From Octopus vulgaris (Eukaryota): DNA of 64,000 nucleotides. How positions within the stretch are numbered: the first letter of the stretch is position 1; each line of letters opens with the position of its first letter. Below the pieces are notes generated by a model that saw only the letters and a program-made list of their open reading frames with translations, made no database searches and was not told the origin of the DNA. Below are positions 53,354 through 64,000 of this stretch, piece after piece. A program made the position numbers and the translations under genes. Location of the stretch: positions 41,664,001-41,728,000 of the forward strand of contig OX597823.1 of NCBI GenBank assembly GCA_951406725.2, written 5' to 3'.

Positions 53354-53500
53354 CCTTGTGTCTGTGTTTGGTAAAAGTGACCAATAGAATAAGTACTTGG
53401 CTTACAAAGAATAAGTCCTGGCATCGATTTCTTAGACTGAAACCCTTTAAGGCAGTACTCCAGCATGGTCGCAGTCAAGTAACTGAAGCAAGGAAAAGAA
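53157..53500 (+). mobile_element. CORE-SINE family B (internally deleted)
   Basis: aggtgcaggagtggttgtggggtaagaa...gggttcagtc...ccagcatggtcgcagtcaagtaactgaagcaag. Confidence 0.88.
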
Positions 53501-53511
53501 AAAAATACAAG

Positions 53512-53556
<45 letters not shown>

Positions 53557-54592
53557 ATATACACATGTCCATCACCATCATCATCATTATCATTAGTAAC
53601 TAGAGTGCAAACCCATGTGTTATATTCAAAACACAATTGCATTCTGATTTTCTATTGATATTAAGGTTTTTGATATATTTCCCAGTGTCTTTTATTTAGA
53701 GCAGTAAATTTCCAAACAAACTCTTAAAGATCTCATAAGAAAATATGAAAGAGGAAAAACAAACTTCAAAAATAGGAAACTGGATCAGTTGTGTTAAAAG
53801 GAAATTTGTTGTTCTCATATCTCATATATATAAATATATTTATATACATACTTACACACACACACACACACACCTATATACACTCACACACACATATATA
53901 CACTTACACATACATACATATATATATCCATATACTTATGTCTATATATTTGTGTATACACCTTTATATACACACACATCTGTGCATAAGTGAATTATAA
54001 GTGAAAAATTCAATATCCTTTGATAATCGGTTATCTGTACTTGAATATATTTTGTGGTGCACACAGACACACACACACACACACGCACACACAAACACAC
54101 ACGTGTACACATATGGACACATGCGTTTCATTACAAATCCCATAGAAAGTTTTGTTTATTTCTTGAATTAAAACTTTGAGCTAAACTTAAAATACCACAG
54201 CAGATTGTTCCCACACCATATGCTCCAACACCCTAACTCTTTCTCCTCTTTTCTCTCCCTCCCTCTCTCTCTCTCTCTCTCTCACTCTTTTTTTTTTCCA
54301 AAGGAGGAATTTTCAAAATTGGTTTTTGATTTCTTCAAGTTGATTTATGGCTTGTCTCAGTAGCATACACTGACTTTCAGGTCTCCTGAAAATCTTTGTA
54401 AGAGTTAAATGTATTTATTCCCCCCACACACACGTGTGTGTGTGTGTGAGTTTGAGTGTATGTGTGTGCATTGTGCATTATGTTTGTTTCTCAATGTCTT
54501 GTGTCTGTATGTGTTTAATATTTTCTTATATGTCTGTGTCTAAAAATTTGTTGGTGTAACCATGTTACACTACAATTAGAATATCTTGTATG

Positions 54593-54625
<33 letters not shown>

Positions 54626-56253
54626 GTGTGTGTGTGTGTGTGTGTGCATGCATATGTGTGTTAGTGTGCCTGTTTGTATGAAGGAGTCTAAATTTATATG
54701 CATTGTATATATAAGTTTGCCTAGTTGTTTTTATATTCATTTTTTCCCCCATGCTTGTATGAGTTTGGTAAATATATTGCTGAGGCATGGTTTTACAGCC
54801 TGGTGCCCTTTCCATCACTAATCCTTGCCTGTCTTTCAAAATAAGAGATCTCTCATTCCACACATCTCCAAAGGTTCAACAGGAGAAATGGTAACAACAA
54901 TCACCTCTCTTTTAGCTCAGCAGTTTTCATAGAAGTGCAAATTAAACAAGCATACAGGTACACATGCTCACGTCATACATCTCTCTCTAAGCATATATAT
55001 GAGTGTGTGTATTTATATACACACATACATATCATCATCATGATCAGCTTTCATACATTGACTTTTCCTGCTAGCATGGGTTGGACAGGTCATCATGGTT
55101 TGTGTCAACACCAGTAAGGTGCTGCTGTTTCTATAGATTGACGCTTGTGGCATTTGGTTTAGTTTCTAAAGTTGGATGCTCTTCCTAACACCAAACAATT
55201 TACAGAGTTCACTGGGTGCCTTCTTCAAGGTACTGACGTTGTGAAGTTGAACAAAGAGACTTCACAATGCTAAGCATTCCCTGCTCAGTAAGAGAGATGC
55301 ACCAGAGAGTAAGCTTGAGGCTGACCCAATGCAGTTTGTTAAACATCAGCCTTGTAATGGGTATAAGAGTCAGAGGCATGAAGAAGACCAATGCAGTCTC
55401 TGGTACATGGGCCAAGTAAGATAATGAAAATGGACCATTGGATGGGAACTGAGCAACAAGTTGATGAAGAACTCCAAGGGTTCAAAGGATATAAGATGAG
55501 AGGGGTAGTAAAATATGTTTTTGTATCCATAGGAGAATTCAGAGTAACTCAGCCTCTAAACACTACCTTTGTACATTAGGCAAGTCTCTATTACCATAGC
55601 TTCAAGCTGACCAAAGCCTTGTGAGATGATTTGTTAGTTGGGAACTGGAAGAAGCCCATCATATATATTTGTGTGTGTGTGTTTGTACCCTTGCCCTAAC
55701 ACTATGTCATGGTAGCAAATATACATCGCCATCATGCAGGTAATGTTCAGTATTTAGTCATCAATAAAAAATGTAATTGGCAATGGGGAAATATTACCTT
55801 ACCTGGAAACAGGTGAGGGTTGATGACAAGAAGAACATTTGACCATAGGTAATGTGTGACAAAAATATTCTGTCCACTTCATGTAAGTTTTAGAAAATGT
55901 GACATAAAAGGATGATGATGATGTGTGTAGGCTATTTTGTATGTATGAAAGAGTGAAATGAGAACAACTTTGTTCTAATCAATGATTACATCTTTGTGTA
56001 CATATTGTATAAATATGTATAACTTTACATTTAATAAATTTTTGTATATGTGTGCATACATTTCTGTGTCTGTGTGTGTGTTGCTATTAGCAGTGGTAGT
56101 TTCCAAACAACTTCAAGTGATAAATGGTATTTGTGGTAGTTGTAGTGATAGTTACAGCCTTGTTGTTGTTATTGTTGTTGTTGCTGTGCTTGTTCTTGTT
56201 ATTAATGATAGTAATAGTGGGAATAGTAATGGAAATACTATTGACAGTGGAGA

Positions 56254-56356
56254 TGGTGGTGGTAGTGGTGGTGGTAGTGGTGGTGGTAGTGGTAGTGGTG
56301 GTGGTAGTGGTAGTGGTGGTGGTAGTGGTAGTGGTGGTGGTAGTGGTAGTGGTGGT
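56254..56356. repeat. (GGT/AGT)n microsatellite with higher-order 12- and 18-bp periods
   Basis: ggtggtggtagt units switch to ggtggtggtagtggtagt units. Confidence 0.9.
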
Positions 56357-57002
56357 GATGATAATGACATTCGTACTGATTGTGATTGTGCTAGCATAGG
56401 CAGGGGTATCTGATATCTCCAGCGATATCTCCATTGAAAATAACATCACTGTTATCAGCTCAGATCTTGCCATGTGTCCACTTGATATTGATAGGCACTT
56501 GATAGATACCTGTTGTAAATAATTTATACCACAGCAACTTCCTTCTCCTCACCTCTCTCTCTCTTTTTGATACTGCTGTTTATTTGAAGTGATTGATATC
56601 GTATCATAGTATTCCATGAATATATAATCTACCAGAGAGAGCATGCAGGCACAACTGCCTGGGAACGAGGAGGTGGGCTTATGGGGCTAAGAGCTGGAGA
56701 ATGTGGAAGTAGTGCAGGCCTCTGGGAAGGTATATAAGATTATTTAAGTTAATCACGAAGATCTTTACCAAATGGAATTGGTTACCAGGTGGTAGATTTC
56801 TTTTTGTTCTTAAGGTTAGTGTGTGTCTATGTATGTATGTGTATGTGTGTGTGTGTGTGTGTCTTCATGTATTTACATATGTGTGTATATGTACATATAA
56901 AGGATTACTCAATGCTGTTTAGTTGACTATACATTTATCAAACTTCTAAGAAAAGGTTGAATAATGACTTTGAAGTTATGACTTGCACAACTTCATTAGA
57001 TA

Positions 57003-58424
57003 TCATCATCATCATCATCATCATCATTTAACGTCTGCTTTCCATGCTTGCATGGGTTGGACAGCTCGGCTGAAAACTGGTAAGCGGAGGTGCTGCACCA
57101 GGTTCTGATCTGGTTTGGCAAGGTTTTCTATGGTTGGATGCCTTTCCTAATGCCAGCCACTCCGAGAGTGTAGTGAGTTCTTTACATGCCACTGGGACGG
57201 GTGCCATTGACCTGACACTAGCATCAGCCATGTCTACGATCTCATTTGACAGGTCTACATAAGCATAGTGTATTGCCAAAGGTCTTGGTTACTTATCACT
57301 GCCTCCATGAGGCCCAGTGCTCAAATGGTGCTTTTTACATCCCAGTCAGATGGCATTGGCCACAACTTTGATTTCACTCAGTTTGACAGGTCTTCACAAG
57401 CACAGCATATCACCCAATGATTGAAAGGTGCTTTGAATGAGCTAGTTATGCAACACTGGCATTGGCCATGACCATGATCTCAATTGGCTTGACAAGTCTT
57501 CTTCTCAAGCACAGCATACCTCCAAAGGTCTTGGTCACTTGTCATTGCCTCTGTGAGGCCCAACCTTCGAAAATTGTGCTTCACCATCACCACCACCACC
57601 ACTCTTGTATTCCTGAGTCTACCTCTTCCATAGGTTCCCCTCTACTGTTAGAGTGTAACACTTCTTCACACAGCTGTCCTCATCCATATGCATTACATGA
57701 CCATGCCAGCGCAGTCATCTCTCTTACACACCACATCTGATACTTCTAATGACCAACGTTTGTTTCGAAATGCTTATACTCTGTCATGCATGCACACTGA
57801 CATTACATATCCAGTGGAGCATACTAGCTTCATTTCTTACAAGCCCACACATGTCTTCAGCAGTCACAACCCATATTTCACTGCCGTGTAGCATGGCTGT
57901 TTGCACACAGGTATCATACAGTCTGCCTTTCACTCTGAGCAAGAGGCCCTTTGTTACCAGCAGAGATAGGAGCTCTCTGAACTTTGCCCAGCCTATTCTT
58001 ATTCTAGCAGCTATGCTCTCAGCGCATCCTTCCCCTTCACTGACTTAGTCATCTAGGTAACGGAAGCTATTGACTATTTCTAGTTTTCCTCCTGGCATGT
58101 GAAGGAATCTATTTTCTATACATTTTTGGTGTTTATAGTATCTGTGCACCTTCCACACACAAAAAACTATCTTCCCTGTTAACCTTCCTCTGATATTGCT
58201 GCATCTCCTCTGTGTCCATAACTTACACTGTGTACATCTTATGAAGTCTCTACTTACACCTTTTCTTCAGATTGGGCAGAGCCATCTATCTGAAGGGATT
58301 TGTGACTTGTTTGCCTTCCTGCTAAGATTTTGGTTTTTACAAGGTTAACTCTAAGGCCCTTCAATTCTAGGCTTTGCTTCCACACTTGAAACTTCTTCTC
58401 TAGTTCTGGTGATTCAGCTATAAT
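57003..58424 (-). mobile_element. RTE-clade LINE, longest copy in the window
   Basis: IAESPELEKKFQVWKQSLELKGLRVNLVKTKIL, a Cys/His-rich segment (about 58140-58245), then GKLEIVNSFRYLDD*VSEGEGCAESIAARIRIGWAKFRELL...AMLHGSEIW, 3' UTR and (GAT)n tail. Confidence 0.93.
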
Positions 58425-58495
58425 ACATATACGAAAAATAGAACTTGAAAATGCACTGAGAATAGTTAAAATATTTTTTATCAATACATTTGAAG

Positions 58496-58534
58496 CTTTA
58501 ACCGGTTTCACAGTTTACACTGATTTTCAAAAAG
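58496..58534 (-). ncRNA. Minimal hammerhead-like motif with a U3-A8 core variant
   Basis: cttt TTGAAAA t cagt-gtaa-actg t GAAA ccgg TT aaag. Palindromic stem III ACCGGT and a GNRA-capped stem II. Confidence 0.4.
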
Positions 58535-58867
58535 TTCAAATAGAAAGGTATAGCTTATGTCGCAGCTGTCTTGCTTCTGACTGGTGTTTGACGCTTCTCC
58601 TGCTTTTATAGGGAGTTCATCGCTCAAATTAGTATATGTTTTGAATAGAATATCCTCTACCAGTCAAACCCTGTCTTATATGTGCATGTGTGTGTAGGTT
58701 CATTTGTCCCCCACCAGCTCTTGACAGCCAGTGTTGTTGTGTTTACATCCCTGTATCTCAGCTGTTTACATCCCTGTAACTTGATTTGTTTAACTAAAAA
58801 TCTACAAGGCGGTCATAGTCTAATGACAGAAAGAAGTAAATGATAAAAGATATGCAAGTGCTTGAGT

Positions 58868-59066
58868 TGAACTCTTTTGATACTAACACTTCTGAGACCA
58901 CCCCTGGTTCTATCATACAAACTTCCTGTTTTACGGTGGTCAAAATTAGAATCTCCCTTGAAATTTCCGTGCTAATGTATGTTCCAAACACCAGCTAAAT
59001 AATGACAGTTATTGTACTAAATTCTTCATTAACTCCAAAAGGAAACGAAGCAACAGAAAGGGTTAA
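58868..59066. mobile_element. piggyBac-like MITE remnant
   Basis: Right end gaaagggTTAA and decayed left end tgaa-ctcttttgatac (TTAA-CCCTTT type termini). Family recalled from memory, not searched. Confidence 0.45.
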
Positions 59067-59989
59067 TATAGTTAGCATATTCAAATTGTGTTTTGTGAAA
59101 TCTCTCATAAATATTTTTCTTTTTCTAATCAAAAACAAATTTTGGAATTCTACTTCTTCGAATGTAATAATACAATCTCTGGTAGCTTCTTAATTTCATA
59201 GATTCTGTTGAAATACCTCTGTTGGTGGTAGAAGTGGTGGCGGTAGTCAATCTTCTGATCAAACCAAATAAACTGTGTTTCCATTTGTGTTTCAAATTGC
59301 TGATATTATCAGTCAGTCGTAACTCCTGTCAGAGAAATACCTCTAAAATTAGGAATGGTTCTGATTTATAAGTTAGAGATAAAAAGATATAGTCTTTGAC
59401 CCAATTCAAAGTTCACAAAAATGATATACTGAGTTTTAAGATCACCAAGACATTCCTAAGTACATTACTTTCCTAAGTAATTCTCTTAGTAACAGTCAAA
59501 GTTGGTTTAAAGTATTATCCTTATGAAAAAAAAAAGTGCATGGATATTATGAGTAGATGCAAGAAGCAATAACAGATAGTCCTGAATGACTAATTTAGAT
59601 ATGTTTGAGAGGTATTTGAGCCTGTAAAGGCTTTTCAGGGAAGTTTGTTGTAGGAAAAAAGGATCGCTATCAGTCAATAATGTTGATTAATTTCCAATAA
59701 AGGAAGTTTCACTTCTTAGTTCAAAGTTACCTATCTTGTTGAGTGCTGAAGAGAACTAGTATTTGAAATTTATTCATCAGTCAAATAGAGGGTGCTCTGA
59801 ACTGATTTAAGTGTCTTAACACCTTTTTGTCTTATAAGAGACATTTTTTTCTCCATGGCAAAAATACAATAAAATGCCATTACAGGTTCAAATACATCTC
59901 AAACATATTTGAGTTGGACTTAAGCTTTCATACACTGATATCTTTCAATGAAAAAGAAATGATTATGACAGAGTATCATAACAAGCACT

Positions 59990-60530
59990 CCATTGGTTAC
60001 AATGATCCCATCAACAGAACAGTCTGCTCATGAAATTAACATGCAAGTGGCTGAGCACTTCACAGACACACATACCCTTAACATAGTTCTCAGGGAGATT
60101 TAGCCTGGTAGAGAATATGATAAGGCTAGCCCTTTAAAATACAGATACTACTCATTTTTGCCAGTTGAGTGAACTCTAGAGCAATGTGAAATAAAATCTC
60201 TTGCCCAAGGACACAATACTCCTTGAAGAATTGAACTGATGACCTTACGATCATGATCCAAATACTCAAACCTATTTCACAAGGGGCTAAACGTAGAGGG
60301 GACAAACAAGGACAGACATAGGTATTAAGTCGATTACATCGACCCCAGTGCGTAACTGGTACTTAATTTATCGACCCCGAAAGGATGAAAGGTAAAGTCG
60401 ACCTCGGAGGAATTTGAACTCAGAATGTAACAGCAGACGAAATACCGCTAAGCATTTCGCCTGGCGTGCTAACGATTCTGCCAGCTCGCCGCCTTGATCC
60501 AAATACTCAAACCACTAAGCCATGTACCTT
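59990..60530 (-). mobile_element. CORE-type SINE (family C), interrupted by a younger SINE
   Basis: Head on minus aaggtacatggcttagtggtttgagtatttggatca...gttcaattc, then tgtccttgggcaagaga. Its tail is shared with the + strand fragment at about 50430-50610. Confidence 0.8.
60273..60494 (-). mobile_element. Young SINE family A copy with a 19-bp target-site duplication
   Basis: tgatccaaatactcaaacc at 60254-60272 and 60495-60513. CpG-rich body nearly identical to 37887-38118. Confidence 0.95.
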
Positions 60531-61514
60531 CATTGCAGAGTATCATAATAATCTGAGTGCCAGTAGTCAACTTTTAATTGCACCAGGCTTTACAAAGAAG
60601 TAAAAAACCAAGCTGCACATTTAACTTCATCAGATTTTAACTCTGCTCTACAGCATTTGCCATTATTGGAAATCCTCCTCATCACTTTAATGTCCCTTTT
60701 TCCATTCTTGCATGGGTCAGATGGAATTTGTCGAGGAACATTTTTTTATAGTTGGATGCCCTTTCTGTTGCCAAACCAAACTTGTTTTCAAGTAATGGGA
60801 TATTTTTCACCCCATGGGGGAACCTACTTTCACAGAAGATTGGAAGCAAAAGGCACTGTTTGTATGAAGGTAACACCTGTTTACAACTAGTATGTGATGT
60901 CAAGACAAGGAGACATAACCCACTCAATATATATATATATCTATACACATACACATGCTCATATGTATACACACACATACACATGCTGTTATTTTTCACC
61001 CAGCCTTTGACCAGACTGGTCATGCTGTTCTGGGCTTCTGTTATGTCCTCTAGGCCTTACTCCATTTCATCTTTACGCAACCCCACTAAGTTCGTTCAAT
61101 AGCTGCAAAGCTCTTTCTGTAGCATTTGTGGTATATGTATAACAATTATTTTTTCTTCTGTTGTATATAGCTGTAAGGCTTTGTGTTGTTACATATGCAC
61201 AATTCTTTGTCTGTTGTATTTATATATCTTGTTTGCTTCTGTCTTAGTATACATTTGCTAGCTTTTTCCCATTAGCTTAATAACAGCACTGGTTCCTCCA
61301 AGATTGAGTGTCTCGATGGTAATGGTGCAAAACTACTATGATATTTTGGGTCATTGACTGATGAGGAAAACTCAGATTCAAATATTCCATTTATCATATC
61401 TTTGCCTAAATTTCTCATCCATTAAGTTTTCATCTAGTTTCCTGTTTGCTCTGCTTTCATCTAGCTTTTTCTCCTTGTTGTGTTCTTTTTGTTCAACCCT
61501 TTATATATATATAT

Positions 61515-61700
61515 ATATGATTGGCTTCTTTCAGTTTCTGTCCCTCAAATTCACTGGCAATACTTTGGTCAGCCCTGGGCTATAGCAGATGACATTTGCC
61601 CAAAGTTTCATGCTGTAGGACTGAACTGCAAACCATGTGGTTATGGAACAAATTTGTTAGCCACACACTCATTCTTGTATCTATAGCCATACCTGCACCT
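61515..61700 (-). mobile_element. CORE-SINE family B 5' half
   Basis: ggcttctttcagtttc...gacatttgcccaaagtttcatgc...cctgcacct. Confidence 0.75.
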
Positions 61701-62587
61701 AGAAATGTTCATATTATTTCTTTAAATTTTTTTTTCTTCAGATTATTTCTATTTCCAAGCAGAATTCAAAGGTTAGAAAAAATAGTTGAGTTCTGTTCTT
61801 AGTTTTAATCAGTCTTTATTCTTACAGTCATTGGCATCGATCTGTTTCTACAGAATTATGCTGTAATTTCAATATTGATGTCAAACTAATTAGATAATTA
61901 CTGCAGATGAGAAGAAATTATTCAAATAGATCATTTTTCTTTTAGCCTTTTCCATTCTAAGCTCTTAGCATGTCTATACTTGTCTATCTAATTGTCTTCC
62001 ACCCCTTCATACTTCCCTGCCACCATAGATGCACACATATTTCTCTCTCTAAATATAGCTTTTCTTTTTATTGAACGCCAGCTTGTCCTTCTACCATTGT
62101 GTCTGCAAGCATTCTCATAGACATATTCTTTCAGTGTAAATCGACCTATCTCCTTCCTCTCTCTCTCTCGCTCTCTCTCTCTCTGCTCACTCTCTTGCAT
62201 ATAACAAGTTTCCATGTCTATAAGGTGTTTCAAATCCAAATAACTACCTTCTCCAAACAACCCTTCTATTTTCAAAGGCTTCTGTTCCATCATAGCCTGT
62301 CCTTCATTTCCATGTCACCCACTGAATCAAAATTCCAGCTTTCTAACTGTTACTCAGGGGAGAAAAATCTACGCTGATAGATACAATACCTATTCTTTCT
62401 CTTCCTCTTCATCTTCCTTTATTAGATTTTTTTAAAAACAGCATTGTGATACTTAAATTATTTTGTCCATAATATAACTGTGATTAGGAAAAGCATTCAA
62501 TTAAGTTTTGGCATATGTGTGGTTGATATACCTGTGTGACTCTGGTTGTAAGCTTTTTCCATCTTACATGCGCATACATGCATGTAA

Positions 62588-62644
<57 letters not shown>

Positions 62645-62703
62645 TATATGTTAAATGTAGAAGCAATGATGAGTGACAATTCTGTAAATAATAATAATCA
62701 TAT

Positions 62704-62828
62704 GCTTAAAGCTTATAAGCATTCGCCATGTATTGACTAAAGGAAATAGTCTAATATTGGGGCTTGTATTCCCCAATATTAGACGTTTTCTTTAGTCAAT
62801 TTATGGTGATCAGTTATAAAGTTTGAGC
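62704..62828. repeat. ~125-bp imperfect hairpin
   Basis: Perfect inner stem gtctaatattgggg / ccccaatattagac with an 8-nt loop, next stem attgactaaag / ctttagtcaat, and weaker outer pairing. Confidence 0.85.
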
Positions 62829-64000
62829 TTATATATACAGAGAGAGAGAGACTGACAGACAGACAGACAGAGAGGGATTTGGTAATGCAAGCAGGAAAAT
62901 AGAACTCAAAACTTGAATACTTATTTTCTATTATTTATAATTAGCAGAAGTTACAGAGTGACTCAAAGATCAAGTGTTTTCTGTATTGACACTTGTTAAA
63001 CTTATATATATGTATATGCATATGTGCGTACACACACACACAACATTTGACAGCTGCTCAGACTGCTGGAAGCCAATGTCCAATGATATCTAGAGGCGTG
63101 TTTCTTTTTTCTTTAATAATCCAGCTGATGCTAGCAACATGAAACAAAAGATGTTCAGGTTAAACTTCCATCATACTTTTCTGCTCAAGACTAAGTGAGG
63201 TGACACAGGCTCAAAGAAATCTTCCCTACAGTCTTTTAGTGCATACTAGATCCCATCATGATTTCTCATGTTGATTGTACAGCCAGGCAATAACTGTGAG
63301 CCATCCAGTCTCACTTGTCATATTCAGTATTACATTTATGAATTTGTTTTGTAAGATTCTTGATGTGAAATCGTGTATTGAAACAGATATTGTTATATTT
63401 TGGGACAGTTACTCATGCACTATATATTTGTTCTTCACTTGTTTATTATTTTTCCTATTTTATTCTATGACCATTGTCAAGAAATCTTTCGTCACACATC
63501 TGTGATCTCTTGAGCCACTCTTCCATCCACGTGTTTCCTCCTCATCTCAAAGCAGTATTATTATCAGAAATACATTGGAGGTCTGAGTTGTTCAATTTTT
63601 TAATTAGCTTATATGAATAATGGGTGAAGCAAGGCACCATCTCTATTATTTCTCCTTGATGATGCCATTTCATCTATATAGCACAGTCACAATTCACAGA
63701 GTAACAATATCTTGCTGATAAATATTCTAAATTAATCTATACTGTTGGAAATCTTCATGTATCTGTATTTATCAGGTTCTTTATTATCAAAAGTAAATTA
63801 GAGAACTTATAGACATAGAAATATTGTAAACTATAGCATGGCCGGTCATGAAATAACAATACACGCACTATTTGAGATGAGATGCAAAAGAGAATTGTTG
63901 ATATTAAATAATATTGGAATATACATGTAAAGAAATCAGAGAAGTAAAGAATCTCTGTTAGCGGCATTCTTAGGGTCTGCTATCATTTGATGCATTCAAT

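Noticed and set aside
55982-56473. Gly/Ser-, Thr-, Val- or Pro-rich ORFs
   Set aside because: All derive from the (GGT/AGT)n and (GTT)n repeats.
59130-59330. Minus-strand open frame ELRLTDNISNLKHKW...PKFVFD* after a ctgacag acceptor
   Set aside because: No recognisable homology and no partner exon; its length is compatible with chance.
59597-59620. miR-190-like sequence (agatatgtttga)
   Set aside because: It diverges after 12 nt and has no complementary 3' arm.
61829-61884. Hammerhead-like arrangement (stem tacag/ctgta plus GAAA) on the minus strand
   Set aside because: The CUGANGA strand and stem III are not recognisable.

Overview
This is very AT-rich eukaryotic DNA saturated with microsatellites and transposon remnants. 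The SINE and RTE-LINE families look like those I recall from octopod cephalopods (Octopus), which is an inference and was not searched. I can support no intact protein-coding gene, rRNA, tRNA or CRISPR array; nearly all ORFs in the supplied track are translations of (TA)n/(CA)n/(ATT)n repeats. Supported content: three or more tRNA-derived SINE families (some in head-to-tail arrays or nested), decayed RTE and CR1/L2-type LINE fragments, mariner and Tc1 transposase remnants, Penelope-like (PLE) terminal fragments, several MITE/foldback elements, and weak evidence for the 3' end of a + strand host gene at about 2-13.7 kb. The most interesting signal is a set of about 10 hammerhead-ribozyme-like motifs from several repeat families. 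One of them (33874-33925, minus strand) has a fully intact type I fold and sits inside nested inverted repeats of a ~500-bp non-coding element. Other highlights are a ~1.1-kb foldback element (6782-7915) and a SINE flanked by an 82-bp direct duplication with a triplicated 5' end. All alignments and folds were done by eye, and edges of decayed repeats are approximate.
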